Shown here: positions 8,616 to 18,391 of the stretch, piece after piece
How the letters are laid out: every line of letters starts with the position of its first letter
How positions within the stretch are numbered: position 1 is the first letter of the stretch
NCBI GenBank assembly: GCA_963845565.1
Contig: CAWJSJ010000002.1
Coordinates: 1,824,001 to 1,888,000 of the forward strand
Reading direction: 5' to 3'
Origin: an uncultured Methylomirabilota bacterium
Lineage (GTDB): Bacteria; Methylomirabilota; Methylomirabilia; Methylomirabilales; 2-02-FULL-66-22
DNA length: 64,000 nucleotides
Translations under genes and position numbers: made by a program
Notes under the pieces: model-generated
What the model saw: only the letters and a program-made list of their open reading frames with translations
What the model was told of the DNA's origin: nothing
The model's database searches: none

Positions 8616-9845
8616 ATGACGGACTACGCGCGCGTCGCCCGGAAGATCACGTGGGTCTTGTTCCTCTCCCAGGGCCTCAGCTCTGCCGGGTTCATCGCCG
8701 CCTTCACGGTCAACGCCCTCGTCGCCGTGGACCTGACGGGGCAGACGGCCATGGCCGGTGTGCCCGGCGCCCTCTACGTGCTGGGGCAGGCGTGCGGCGC
8801 CGTCGTCTGGGGTTTCAGCATGGAGCGGATCGGCCGTCGGCGGGCCCTTGCCCTCGGCCAGGTCATCGGGGTCATCGGATCGGCGATCGCCATGGCCGCG
8901 GTGGTCGACCGGTCCTTTTTCTTCCTTCTGGTCGGTCTCCTGCTGGTGGGGATCGCCAGGTCGGCGGTTGACCTGGGTCGCTTTGCCGCGGCGGAGGTCC
9001 ACCTACCGGCAGACCGCGGGCGGGCCATCGCCAACGTGGTGCTGGGGAGCACGGTGGGCGCCGTCTTCGGTCCGCTGCTGGTGGGCCCCACGGGGCAATT
9101 GGCGGCGGCGGCCGGATTCGCGGAGCTGGCGGGACCGTACGGCGTGGGGTGCGTCGTGCTGGCCGTGGCGGCCGTGCTCATCTTTGCGGGCCTCCGGCCC
9201 GATCCGCGCGACATCGGGCGGGAGCTCGCCCGGATCCACCCGGAATCGGTTCCCGGCCAGGCGACCCGTTCCCTGGCGGAGATCATGCGGCAGCCCGGGG
9301 TGGTCGTCGCCGTGGTCAGCGTCGTCTTCGCCCAGTTGGTGATGATGGTGCCCATGTCGATCACCTCGGTGCACATGAAGGCCCACCAGCATCCACTGAC
9401 CGCCGTGTCGCTGGTGATCTCTGCCCACACCCTCGGGATGTTTGCCTTCTCCATCATCTCCGGGAGGCTGACCGACCGGTGGGGAAGAGGCCCCGTGATC
9501 ATTCTCGGATCGGCCGTGATGATTCTTTCCTGCCTGCTGGGGGCGCCTTCGACAAATCTCCTGCCGCTGGTGATTGCGCTGTTCCTCCTGGGTCTAGGCT
9601 GGAACTTCGCCTACGTGGCCGGCTCCACCCTGCTGGCCGATCAGCTCTCCCCTCCGGAGCGAGCCAAGACCCAGGGGTGCAACGACCTGCTCCTGAACCT
9701 GGCCTCGGCCGCCAGCCAGATCGGGAGCGGGGTGGTCTATGCGAGTGGCGGCTTCGGGGTCATGGGCCTAGCCGCGGCGGCAGCCGCCGTGGTGCCGCTG
9801 GCCCTGGCCATATGGTGGCAGATCGCGGGAAGTCATAAAGGATAG
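8616..9845 (+). CDS. MFS transporter
   Basis: About 12 TM; MERIGRR and GRLTDRWGR motif A. Confidence 0.9.
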   Translation: MTDYARVARKITWVLFLSQGLSSAGFIAAFTVNALVAVDLTGQTAMAGVPGALYVLGQACGAVVWGFSMERIGRRRALALGQVIGVIGSAIAMAAVVDRSFFFLLVGLLLVGIARSAVDLGRFAAAEVHLPADRGRAIANVVLGSTVGAVFGPLLVGPTGQLAAAAGFAELAGPYGVGCVVLAVAAVLIFAGLRPDPRDIGRELARIHPESVPGQATRSLAEIMRQPGVVVAVVSVVFAQLVMMVPMSITSVHMKAHQHPLTAVSLVISAHTLGMFAFSIISGRLTDRWGRGPVIILGSAVMILSCLLGAPSTNLLPLVIALFLLGLGWNFAYVAGSTLLADQLSPPERAKTQGCNDLLLNLASAASQIGSGVVYASGGFGVMGLAAAAAAVVPLALAIWWQIAGSHKG

Positions 9846-10020
9846 GGGTCAAGGTGGACTTTCAGATCGAGCTCGTGAGGGTGCGGGAGACCTGGCCGAG
9901 CGAGGTGCGATGCCCAAGGAATGCCTTGTCCCCAACCATGCACTACGAGCTGCAAAATACCCCGCGATCCTTTTCGGTCTTCGACGAGATCCCACCAGCC
10001 TCAATGGTTCCTCGGTACGA

Positions 10021-10071
10021 TTGCGGATCTCCGATGAATGTGTATAATCATAGCTAGATCGTTAGCTATGA
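10021..10071 (+). promoter_or_regulatory. Sigma70 promoter and palindromic operator of the TA operon
   Basis: TTGCGG-16-TATAAT with extended TG; TCATAGCTA-N6-TAGCTATGA inverted repeat at 10048-10071. Confidence 0.7.
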
Positions 10072-10084
10072 GAGGAGATCGCAC

Positions 10085-10318
10085 ATGCGCACCGTGCAGC
10101 TGACCCTGGACGAAGAATTGGTGGCTGCGGTGGACAAGACCGCGGCCCGCTTGGGAACCACCCGATCCGGATTTACCCGGCAAGCCCTCCGGCAAGCCCT
10201 GGCCCAAGAACGCGAGCGTGCCCTGGAGCGGAAACACCGCGAGGGATATGCGCGAAAGCCCGTCCGGCGCGGCGAGTTCTCGGCATGGGAGGCCGAGCAC
10301 GCCTGGGGTGAGTCGTGA
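10085..10318 (+). CDS. Ribbon-helix-helix (CopG-like) antitoxin
   Basis: MRTVQLTLDEEL...TRSGFTRQAL RHH pattern; GTGA overlap with the toxin. Confidence 0.85.
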   Translation: MRTVQLTLDEELVAAVDKTAARLGTTRSGFTRQALRQALAQERERALERKHREGYARKPVRRGEFSAWEAEHAWGES

Positions 10319-10635
10319 AACGCGGGGAAGTCCGCTGGTACAAGTTTGATCAACCCGACAAGCGACGCCCGGTGGTGATCCTCACCCGGGATTCCGCCCT
10401 CGCATTCCTGGGGGAGGTGACCGTGGCCCCGATCACCACCACGATCCGGGACATTCCGACAGAGGTCCCACTCACCAAGGCAGACGGCTTGCCACGGGAT
10501 TGCGCGGTCAATCTCGACCACATGCAAACGGTGTCGACCGGCCGAGTCGGCGCGGTGATTACCCGGTTGAGCGCCGAGCACATGACCCGCGTTCGCGCCG
10601 CGCTCCTTTTTGCCCTGGGTTTCCGAGACCCCTGA
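10315..10635 (+). CDS. mazF: PemK/MazF family mRNA interferase toxin
   Basis: MKRGEV, KRRPVVIL, VAPITT, VNLD..QTV motifs. Confidence 0.9.
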   Translation: MKRGEVRWYKFDQPDKRRPVVILTRDSALAFLGEVTVAPITTTIRDIPTEVPLTKADGLPRDCAVNLDHMQTVSTGRVGAVITRLSAEHMTRVRAALLFALGFRDP

Positions 10636-10785
10636 TCCCGAACAGCAAACCGCACCCCACGGTCAGATTGTGCTACGATCGGGCCTGTGCGGCTGATCCT
10701 CAGCCTGCACACCAACTCCACCCTCTCCATCCAGTGCCCACTTCTACCGCCGGTCGCGCGCCCGCACGGCGGCAGGCGCGGAGGG

Positions 10786-11658
10786 TTACGACTTCTGCAG
10801 CCGGAAAAGGGTCGGGGAGATTTCCTCGCTGTAGGGTTGGCCGTTGCTGTTGCAGCCGCCGCGGCTGATGTGATGGTGAAGCGAGGCGAGTCGGTAATAG
10901 CCGATCAGGGTCTCCAGCGCGCCATACTCGTAGTCGCTCAGTTTGCCCCGGGTGGACCAGTCCAGGTACTTGGTGGCCAGCACCATCATCCGGTATCGCT
11001 CGCCGCGCAGGACATCGATCAGCGACCCCCTGTTGTCCACCAGAAACCGCATGATCTTCTCGTAATCCATCGGGGCGCTGGCCGGGCCGAAGTCGATCCG
11101 TTTCCAGATGGGATTCAGGTCTCCGTCGTGCGGATAGTCGGTGGGGAACTGATGGATGATGTTCTTGGAGACGTTCGCGTCGTCCGACTCGGACACATCC
11201 GCCCCGAGGTCAATGCCGACCTTGTGGAAATGATCCACGAATTGATTCCAGTCGCGCAATCGGACCGGGAGTTTTTCTCCCCCGTACTCGGAGACAACCC
11301 AGGGAAACCCCTCGCCCCCAAACGCCCACTCGTACAGGCACGCCTCGAACGGTTGCGCGCCTTGCCGGCTGATGGATCCCAGGGGCCGCGGGATGTGGGC
11401 GTACTTGTAGACCCTCTCTCGGAAGAAGTAGTCCTCGAGCTTCTTGATCAGCATGTGCCGAAGATACATCAGGTGGCCGCTTCCGGGCGCGGGGTTGTGT
11501 TCCGCGCGGACGGCGGTCACCACCCCCTCATGCGTCCGGATCGTGCCGCCGATTCCGGGGAGCTTGTTCAGGAGGTAGACGGTCACCGCCGCCTCACCGC
11601 CGCAGCCGCCTTCCCGCACGTATTCGATGACGCCGTCTTCGAATGTCGGATCGAGCAT
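10786..11658 (-). CDS. Hypothetical protein with protein-kinase-like motifs
   Basis: GCGGEAAV loop, HIPRPLG, LYEW..G, H..GID, KNII, WKRIDFG in kinase order; start uncertain. Confidence 0.6.
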   Translation of the reverse strand: MLDPTFEDGVIEYVREGGCGGEAAVTVYLLNKLPGIGGTIRTHEGVVTAVRAEHNPAPGSGHLMYLRHMLIKKLEDYFFRERVYKYAHIPRPLGSISRQGAQPFEACLYEWAFGGEGFPWVVSEYGGEKLPVRLRDWNQFVDHFHKVGIDLGADVSESDDANVSKNIIHQFPTDYPHDGDLNPIWKRIDFGPASAPMDYEKIMRFLVDNRGSLIDVLRGERYRMMVLATKYLDWSTRGKLSDYEYGALETLIGYYRLASLHHHISRGGCNSNGQPYSEEISPTLFRLQKS

Positions 11659-11813
11659 GGGATTCGCCCCGGAGACCGTTCGCTGCATGCGGCCTGATGC
11701 CGCGCCAACCACGCCCTGAATATCGCAGCCCAGATTCCGATGTCAAGCCTGGAATCCATGAACCCCAGGCGTGCCGGACCGGCGGGCGCCTGGTGACGGC
11801 GGGAGGAGTGGCT

Positions 11814-11990
11814 TGGCAGACTGCCGGCAAACTCGTTTTCGCCCAGGCTGCTCAAAACGGTCCCAATGCAAGGCGGCACGCTGTAGCCCGAGCGAGGCGT
11901 ACTGGAGGTACGCCGCAGCGAGTGGCGAGGCGGGCGGGGCGCCACGTCGGACGGGTCACCGCAGATGGGCCGTTTTCAACAGCCTGTCAG
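11814..11990 (-). mobile_element. MITE-like repeat family A, copy 1
   Basis: caggctgttgaaaacggcccatctgcgg...ttttgagcagcctg inverted termini; overlaps the FGGY kinase stop. Confidence 0.8.
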
Positions 11991-13466
11991 GTGCAGCCGA
12001 GGGTAGAGGGGACGCAAAGCGGTGTACACGTCGTCGAACAGCCGGCGGCGTTCGCGGTAGACGGCAGCAGTCTCGGGGTTCGGGGTGAAGATCCGGACCG
12101 GCGGGTTCCAGGTGCGGGCGGTCGCCACGGGGTCGGTCACCAGCCCGATGGCAGCGGCCGCCAGGACGGCGGCGCCCAGCGAGGCCGCCTCGGTGTACCG
12201 AAGTCGGGCGACCGGCATCCCCAGGATGTCCGCCTTGATCTGGGCCCAGATGTCCGACTTGGCCCCGCCGCCGATCACTACCAATTCGCCGGGGACGATG
12301 CCCATGTCCCGCAACCCATCCAGGCAGGTGGCGACTTCATAGCCCACCCCCTCCAGGAACGCCCGGGCGACGTCGCCCCGGGTATGGCCGAGACTCAGCC
12401 CCAGGATCATCCCTCGCGCGTCGGGATTCCAGCGCGTGGATCGGGCGCCCATGAAGAACGGAAAGACCAGCAGCCCCCGGGCGCCGGGTGGGCTCTCGGC
12501 CGCGTCCCGGTCCAGGAGAACCGTCTGCCCCGGCCCGAGACCTACCAGGTTCCGCAGCCAGCGCAGGGCCGAGGCGGTCGTGGTCACGCCGAGTTCGAAC
12601 AGGTAGCGGCCCGGGATGGCGTGGATTCCGCACGGGACCCGGCCGAGGTCTTCCGGCAGTCGGTCGGTGACCATGGAGATCTGCGTGGCGGTCCCGGTCG
12701 AATCCGACGCGCGATCGCCCGTCAGGCCCGCGCCCACGCCCTCGCACGAGCGGTCGCCGCCGCCCAACGCCACCGGAATCCCGGCGGGAATACCCAGCGC
12801 CGAGGCGGCGTCCGCGGCGAGACGATGCGGCGCCTGGGTGGAGCGATAGACTGCGGGGAACTGGTCGGGGCGAACGCCGACGCGGTCGAACATCGCCGGC
12901 CACCAGCATTCCTTCCGCAGATCGATCATCATGGTGCGCGACGCGAGCGTGTAGTCGGTCGCGGGCGCGCCGGTCAACCGGTAGTAGAGAAAGTCCCGGG
13001 GCTGCAGGAACACCGTGGTGCGAGCGAGCAGGTCGGGCTGGTTCTCGCGCAGCCACAGCAGCTTGCAGGCGGTGTAGTTCGGATCCGGCGCGACGCCGGT
13101 GTGGTGATGCAAGAACGACTCGCCGAACTCTTCGCCCAACCGCGCCGACTGCTCGCGGCAGCGACGGTCCATCCAGATGATGCAGCGGTCAAGGGGCTGC
13201 CCATCCCGCCCGATGGGAACCACCCCTTCCCGCTGGGAGGAGAGACCAATGGCGGCAATGCGCGAGGCGTCCTGACCCGCCAGGCAGGTCCGCGCCGCGG
13301 TGATGGCGGCCTGCCACCAATCGGACGAGTCCTGCTCCGCCCAGTCCGGCCGAGGGTGATGGGTTGGGTAGCCCTCGTCGGCCGAGGCGAGGAGCATTCC
13401 CGCCACGTCCCAGAGGCAGACCTTGCAGTTCGTGGTCCCGAGGTCGAAAGTGAGAAGGGTATCCAT
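11976..13466 (-). CDS. FGGY family carbohydrate kinase (xylulokinase-like)
   Basis: DLGTT, WAEQD, IIWMDRR, GGGD, STGT, GGGAKS motifs. Confidence 0.9.
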   Translation of the reverse strand: MDTLLTFDLGTTNCKVCLWDVAGMLLASADEGYPTHHPRPDWAEQDSSDWWQAAITAARTCLAGQDASRIAAIGLSSQREGVVPIGRDGQPLDRCIIWMDRRCREQSARLGEEFGESFLHHHTGVAPDPNYTACKLLWLRENQPDLLARTTVFLQPRDFLYYRLTGAPATDYTLASRTMMIDLRKECWWPAMFDRVGVRPDQFPAVYRSTQAPHRLAADAASALGIPAGIPVALGGGDRSCEGVGAGLTGDRASDSTGTATQISMVTDRLPEDLGRVPCGIHAIPGRYLFELGVTTTASALRWLRNLVGLGPGQTVLLDRDAAESPPGARGLLVFPFFMGARSTRWNPDARGMILGLSLGHTRGDVARAFLEGVGYEVATCLDGLRDMGIVPGELVVIGGGAKSDIWAQIKADILGMPVARLRYTEAASLGAAVLAAAAIGLVTDPVATARTWNPPVRIFTPNPETAAVYRERRRLFDDVYTALRPLYPRLHLTGC

Positions 13467-13562
13467 AGAGCCGAGAGTCGAGAGCCGAGAGTCGAGAGCC
13501 GAGACCGGACTTGGTGTGTCGCTTGCGCCGACCGGACTTGGCTCTAGGCTCTTGGCTCTCTA
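13467..13562. repeat. Heptamer tandem repeats forming a fold-back
   Basis: (GAGAGYC)n then GGCTCTN repeats; accggacttgg occurs twice. Confidence 0.7.
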
Positions 13563-13569
13563 CGCTGGG

Positions 13570-14568
13570 TTAAGGTTTCACCATGAGCTTGAGGCCCTTG
13601 CCCTCGCGGAGCGCGTGGATCGCCTCTTTGGTCTGGGCCAGCGGATACTCCACGCCAAGCAGCGGCTGCAGAGTGAGCTGGGGTAGCCAGCGGACCGCCC
13701 GGTGGAACATGTACGGCCGGAGGAAGGCGGCCTTGATCTGGATCTCCTTGTCGAAGAGCTGGTAGGGCTTGACCTTGGCGACGGCCTCGGGATCGGCCAC
13801 GCCCATGACGAAGACGGTCCCGCCCTTCTGCACCAGATCGATACCTTGCTCCAGGAGGGCGGGGTGCCCGAGGCAGTCGAAGACGATCTCCGGCCCCAGG
13901 CCGCCGGTGTGCTCCTTCACGAAGGCCGTCAGGTCCTGGCCCTTCGGGTCCACGGGAATGCCGCCGACTGCCTTGCAGATCTCCCGCCGGTGGGGGCGGG
14001 GCTCCGAGATCAGAACCTTGCTGGCGCCGCTGTGCAGGAGGAGCTGGGTCATGATACAGCCAATGGTCCCGCCCGCCAGAACCAGTGCCACATCCCCCGA
14101 GCGGACCTTGGCCAGATCGATGGCGTGGAGCGCGCACGCCACCGGCTCGGCCAGTGCGGCAAATTCGAAGGAGAGGCTGTCCGGGAGCTTGTGGACGTTC
14201 CGGTCCGGGTAAAGGGAATACTCGGCATACCCGCCCGGATGCGCATAGCGATGCATGCACTGGTGCTCCCGCCCATCCCGGCAGAAATAGCAGCTGTCAC
14301 AGGCCAGCCCGGTCTCGACGGCCACCCGGTCGCCGACCTTGAACTTGGTCACCCCCTTGCCCAGGGCACTGACCACGCCGGTGAACTCGTGTCCAATGAC
14401 CCGGGGCGGCTTGAACATCGGGAACTTCCCTTCGAGGATATGCACGTCGGTCGCGCAGACGCCGCAGGCGACGACCTTGACCTGAACGTCATGGGGGTCT
14501 TTCGGGTCCGGGATCGGGAGGTCGTCGATGTCCAGTTGGTCGATGCCTTTCCAGACTGCTGCCTTCAT
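13570..14568 (-). CDS. Zinc-dependent (MDR) sugar/polyol dehydrogenase
   Basis: CATD.H, GHE, C..C..C.......C; own GAAAGGAG RBS 8 nt before ATG14568; in frame with upstream PfkB, no stop between. Confidence 0.85.
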   Translation of the reverse strand: MKAAVWKGIDQLDIDDLPIPDPKDPHDVQVKVVACGVCATDVHILEGKFPMFKPPRVIGHEFTGVVSALGKGVTKFKVGDRVAVETGLACDSCYFCRDGREHQCMHRYAHPGGYAEYSLYPDRNVHKLPDSLSFEFAALAEPVACALHAIDLAKVRSGDVALVLAGGTIGCIMTQLLLHSGASKVLISEPRPHRREICKAVGGIPVDPKGQDLTAFVKEHTGGLGPEIVFDCLGHPALLEQGIDLVQKGGTVFVMGVADPEAVAKVKPYQLFDKEIQIKAAFLRPYMFHRAVRWLPQLTLQPLLGVEYPLAQTKEAIHALREGKGLKLMVKP

Positions 14569-15540
14569 GGGGTGTGCTCCTTTCGGGGGAGGGTAAACGG
14601 GCATGCCGAAGCCTCGCGCGGCGAGGAAGCGCCACACCTCCTCGATCCGCGGGATGCCGGTGCGGCCGCCCAAGCAGGTGCATTTCAGCGCCGAGACCGC
14701 ATTGGCGAATTGCAGTATATCGCGAGCCTCCCACCCCTGCAACAGGCCGTACAGAAACGCGCCGTGAAACACGTCGCCGGCGCCGGTGGTGTCCACCACG
14801 TTCACGGGAAAGCCGGGAGCTTCCACGATCTCGCCGTTGTACAGCAGGGCCGAACCGGCCTCCCCCTGCGTGAGGCCGACGCACGGGGGGCCGAAGCCGG
14901 CCAGCGTCCGGAGGATATCCGCCGGGGCGGTCTTGCCGGTGAGTGTCCGAGCGTACCGGCGGCTCACGATGAGGACATCCGTCAACGGGAACAGTTCCTC
15001 CCGATACTGGGTGGGCTCCTCCGCATCTACCGAGACCAGGATGCCGGCCTCCTTGGCCCAGCGGGCCGCTTGCACGGCGGCCTCCCCCTCGTGGCCGTCG
15101 AGGTGCAGCGTGCGACCGGCGCACACCGCTTCGCGCGTGAGGTCGTCCGGGGTGAGCCAGATGCGGGGGTCGCGCTGGCGGACGATGGTGCGATGACCGG
15201 AGCCTTCCTCCACCAGGACGACGCAAAACCGGTTGGGAACGCCTTCGGCCACTACCGAGCCGGTGAGATCGAGGCCTTCCGCGGTCAACTCATCCTGGGC
15301 CAAGCGACCGATCTCGTTGCCGCCGAACTTTCCGATGTAACGCGTCCGGAGGCCAAGCCGTCCGCAGGCCACCATGGCAGTTGCGGTGAGCCCGCCGCCC
15401 TGGATCGTCGCTCCCAGGGCGTCCATCTTGGTGTTGGACTCCGGGAAATGGGGAATGCGGAAGAGGTAGTCGATGACGTTGATGCCGACACCGACGACGT
15501 CGAGGGGCTTGTTCGCTGGAATGGCGAGGTCGATGCGCAT
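14569..15540 (-). CDS. PfkB family carbohydrate kinase (reads through into the dehydrogenase; whole ORF 13570-15540)
   Basis: GGG..AT...A..RLG and DTTGAGDVFHGAF PfkB signature. Confidence 0.85.
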
Positions 15541-15542
15541 GA

Positions 15543-15600
15543 TAGAGCCGAGAGCCTAGCGCCGAGCGCCGAAAACCTCGGACTTCGAACGTGAAGCCCT
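15543..15600. repeat. Degenerate heptamer tandem repeats
   Basis: tagagcc gagagcc tagcgcc gagcgcc. Confidence 0.55.
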
Positions 15601-15605
15601 GGACG

Positions 15606-16382
15606 TCAGTTGAGCTGGAGTCCACCGCAGACGTTGTAGGTCTGGCCGGTGATGTACGATGCCTCGTCCGATGCCAAGAAGGTGTACAGCTTGGCGACGT
15701 CCTCGGGCGTTTCGATGCGGCCCAGGGGGATGTTGGCGACCCGCGACTGCTTGATCGTGCCGGTGGGCTTTCCCTCCAGCGCCGCCCACTCGCGGTCGAT
15801 GCTCACCCACATGTCGGTGTCCACGATGCCGGGGGCCACGGCGTTGACCCGGATGCCATGTTTGGCCAGTGCCATCGCCAGCCCCTGCGTGATGCCGATG
15901 ACGCCGAACTTGGAGGCGCAGTAGTCCACCAGCATCGGCTTCCCGGACCGTCCGGAGATCGAGGAGGCGTTCAGGATGACACCCGAGCTCCGCTTGACCA
16001 TCTCGCGCGCCACGGCCTGGGAGCAGAAGAACACCGCCTTGAGATTGAGATTCAGCGTGCGATCCCAGTCGGCCTCGGTCAACTCCAAGGGGAAGCGGAC
16101 CTGGGTGATGCCGGCGTTATTCACCAGGATGTCGATCTTGCCGAACTCCCGAAGCGCCGTCTCCACCATGCGCCGGATGTCGGCCGCTTGGGTCACATCC
16201 ATCTGCATGGCGACACCCTTCGGTCCAAGCGCCCGGATCTCGGCGGCCACGGCTTCGCTTGCCGCTCGGTCAAGATCGGGGACCAGGACGTCCGCGCCCT
16301 CTCGGGCGAACATGAGTGCCGTGGCTTTTCCGATACCCCGACCGGCGCCCGTGATGATCGCACTCTTCCCTGCGAGTCGCAC
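15606..16382 (-). CDS. SDR oxidoreductase (sorbitol/acetoin dehydrogenase-like)
   Basis: TGAGRGIG, NNAG, YCASK; GTG start after AAGGAGG. Confidence 0.9.
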   Translation of the reverse strand: MRLAGKSAIITGAGRGIGKATALMFAREGADVLVPDLDRAASEAVAAEIRALGPKGVAMQMDVTQAADIRRMVETALREFGKIDILVNNAGITQVRFPLELTEADWDRTLNLNLKAVFFCSQAVAREMVKRSSGVILNASSISGRSGKPMLVDYCASKFGVIGITQGLAMALAKHGIRVNAVAPGIVDTDMWVSIDREWAALEGKPTGTIKQSRVANIPLGRIETPEDVAKLYTFLASDEASYITGQTYNVCGGLQLN

Positions 16383-16402
16383 GTTACCCTCCTTTGAGAA
16401 GC

Positions 16403-16486
16403 TGTCAGCGGTCAGCATTCAGCAATCAGCTTTTCAAATTCTGTCCTCGCCAAGAACTGACCGCTGACCGCTGATTGCTGAATGCT
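16403..16486. repeat. Inverted heptamer tandem repeats
   Basis: (tcagcNN)x4 followed by (ctgaNNg)x4. Confidence 0.7.
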
Positions 16487-16491
16487 CCTCC

Positions 16492-17313
16492 TCACCCTTT
16501 CAGGGCGCCGAACGTCAGCCCCCGGACGATGTGCTTCTGGATGAACAGGGACAGGATCAAGACCGGCAGCGTGATGACGGTTGCCGCCGCCGTCAGGCCG
16601 CCCCAGTTGATCTCCTCGTAGGAGAGGAAGTTATAGACCGCAATCGGCAGCGTCCGCGTCTTGAACCCCGCGATGATGAGCGAGAAGAGGAAGTTGTTCC
16701 ACGAGAAGATAAACGCAAGGATGGCGGTGGCCACGATGCCCGGCTTCACCAGGGGCAACGCCACGCGGAGGAACGCGGAGAAATTGGAGCAGCCGTCGAT
16801 CCGGGCCGCCTCGATCAGTTCGCCCGGCACGTCCTCGAAGAAGCCGATCATCACCCACAGGACGAGGGGCAGCGCCACGATCAAGTGGGTGAGGATCAGG
16901 GCCATATAGGTGTCGATCATCTTGAGCTTGGTGAAGAGGATGAACCACGGAATCAGGTAGGCAATCCCCGGGGCCATGCGCGCGGTGAGGATGGCGAGCG
17001 CGATCCCGGTCTGCTTGAACCGGGCGACCGCGTACGCGCCCGGCAGGCCCAGGACCAGGGCCAGGCCGGTGGAACCGGCGGCGACGATCAGGCTGTTCAG
17101 GGTGAAGGTGAAGAAGGGGTTCTTGAGGAACACCTCGCGATAATTGTTCAGCGTGGGCGTGAACACCCAGACGGGCGGATAGGCGGTGTTCTGCACCTGT
17201 GTCTTCAGCGAGGACAGCAGCATCCACGCCAGCGGGAACAGGAACGGCAGCAGGATCAGCACCAGCAGCAGGTAGGTCCAGGGGCTCTCGCCCGAGTGTC
17301 GCATCGTACGCAT
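16492..17313 (-). CDS. Carbohydrate ABC transporter permease
   Basis: EAARIDG EAA loop; SWNNFLF. Confidence 0.9.
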   Translation of the reverse strand: MRTMRHSGESPWTYLLLVLILLPFLFPLAWMLLSSLKTQVQNTAYPPVWVFTPTLNNYREVFLKNPFFTFTLNSLIVAAGSTGLALVLGLPGAYAVARFKQTGIALAILTARMAPGIAYLIPWFILFTKLKMIDTYMALILTHLIVALPLVLWVMIGFFEDVPGELIEAARIDGCSNFSAFLRVALPLVKPGIVATAILAFIFSWNNFLFSLIIAGFKTRTLPIAVYNFLSYEEINWGGLTAAATVITLPVLILSLFIQKHIVRGLTFGALKG

Positions 17314-17339
17314 AGGCGTTCGTCCCAACCGAGGATGAA

Positions 17340-17378
17340 AAACCGTCAACCGTTAACCGCCAACCGACCAACCGTCAC
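17340..17378. repeat. Heptamer tandem repeats
   Basis: aaccgtc aaccgtt aaccgcc aaccgac. Confidence 0.6.
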
Positions 17379-17381
17379 GCC

Positions 17382-18320
17382 TTACCAGGAGCCGCGTCGG
17401 ACCTTGATCAAGAGCAGGCTCACGCCCATGACCAGGGCGAACAGGATCACGAGGAGCGAGCTGGCGTAGCCGATGTGAAAATAGAAGAGCCCCACCTGGA
17501 ACGTGTACACGTTCAGCGTCTCGGACGCGAACCCCGGCCCTCCGGCGGTCATGACGTAGATGATGTCGAAGGTCTTGAGGCAGTCGATGGCGCGAAACAG
17601 CAGGGCGACCATGATCGTCGGGCGGAGCAGGGGCAGCGTGATCCGCCAGAACATCTGCGCGGGGGTGGCGCCGTCGATCAGCGCGGACTCATAGGGCTCC
17701 AGCGGCAGGCTGGCCAGGCCGGCCAGCGTGATCAGGGTGATGAGGGGCGTCCACTCCCAGGTATCCACGAAGGCCAGGGCGGGAATGACCAGCCGGACGT
17801 CGCTGACCCACTTGAACGGCCCCAGACCGATCAGGCCTACCAGGTAGTTCATCACCCCGAGGGTGGGGTTGAACATCATCATCCAGACCAGGGCGATGGC
17901 GACCGGCGTGGCGACCATGGGCAAGAGAAACACGGACCGAAAGAACCCCTTGCCCCGAAACGACCGGTTGAGCAACAAGGCCAGGGCGACCCCGAGGACC
18001 ACCTGGAGGGCCGTCGCCAGGATCGTGAAGTAGATCGTCAGCCAGAGGGCATTCCGGAAGCGCTCATCCTCGGTGAACGCGCGCTTGAAATTCGCCAGGC
18101 CGATGAACTCCGGCGCCGTGACGCTGCTGGCGAACCAGGAGTGCAGACTCATGTACACGGTGTAGAAGACCGGAAAGACCATCAGGACGAAGATGACCAC
18201 GGCCGCCGGCGAGGTGAAGAAAAAGACCGGATGACGCTCCACCAAGACCGACCAGCGCGAATCAGGCCGGCGCAGGTCGGCTCGGGCGAAACCCTCTTGC
18301 GGGGAGTTCTGCTGTGCCAT
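17382..18320 (-). CDS. Carbohydrate ABC transporter permease
   Basis: ESALIDGA EAA loop; T.GGPG..ET. Confidence 0.9.
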   Translation of the reverse strand: MAQQNSPQEGFARADLRRPDSRWSVLVERHPVFFFTSPAAVVIFVLMVFPVFYTVYMSLHSWFASSVTAPEFIGLANFKRAFTEDERFRNALWLTIYFTILATALQVVLGVALALLLNRSFRGKGFFRSVFLLPMVATPVAIALVWMMMFNPTLGVMNYLVGLIGLGPFKWVSDVRLVIPALAFVDTWEWTPLITLITLAGLASLPLEPYESALIDGATPAQMFWRITLPLLRPTIMVALLFRAIDCLKTFDIIYVMTAGGPGFASETLNVYTFQVGLFYFHIGYASSLLVILFALVMGVSLLLIKVRRGSW

Positions 18321-18333
18321 GCACGCTCTCACG

Positions 18334-18365
18334 AAAAGGGAGGAGGCCCGTAGGAGCCTCCTCCC
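18334..18365 (-). terminator. Hairpin plus short U-tract after the binding-protein gene
   Basis: gggaggaggc-N8-gcctcctccc followed by tttt on the minus strand. Confidence 0.6.
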
Positions 18366-18391
18366 GTGTTCCCGGTTCGCGAATCCGCCGG

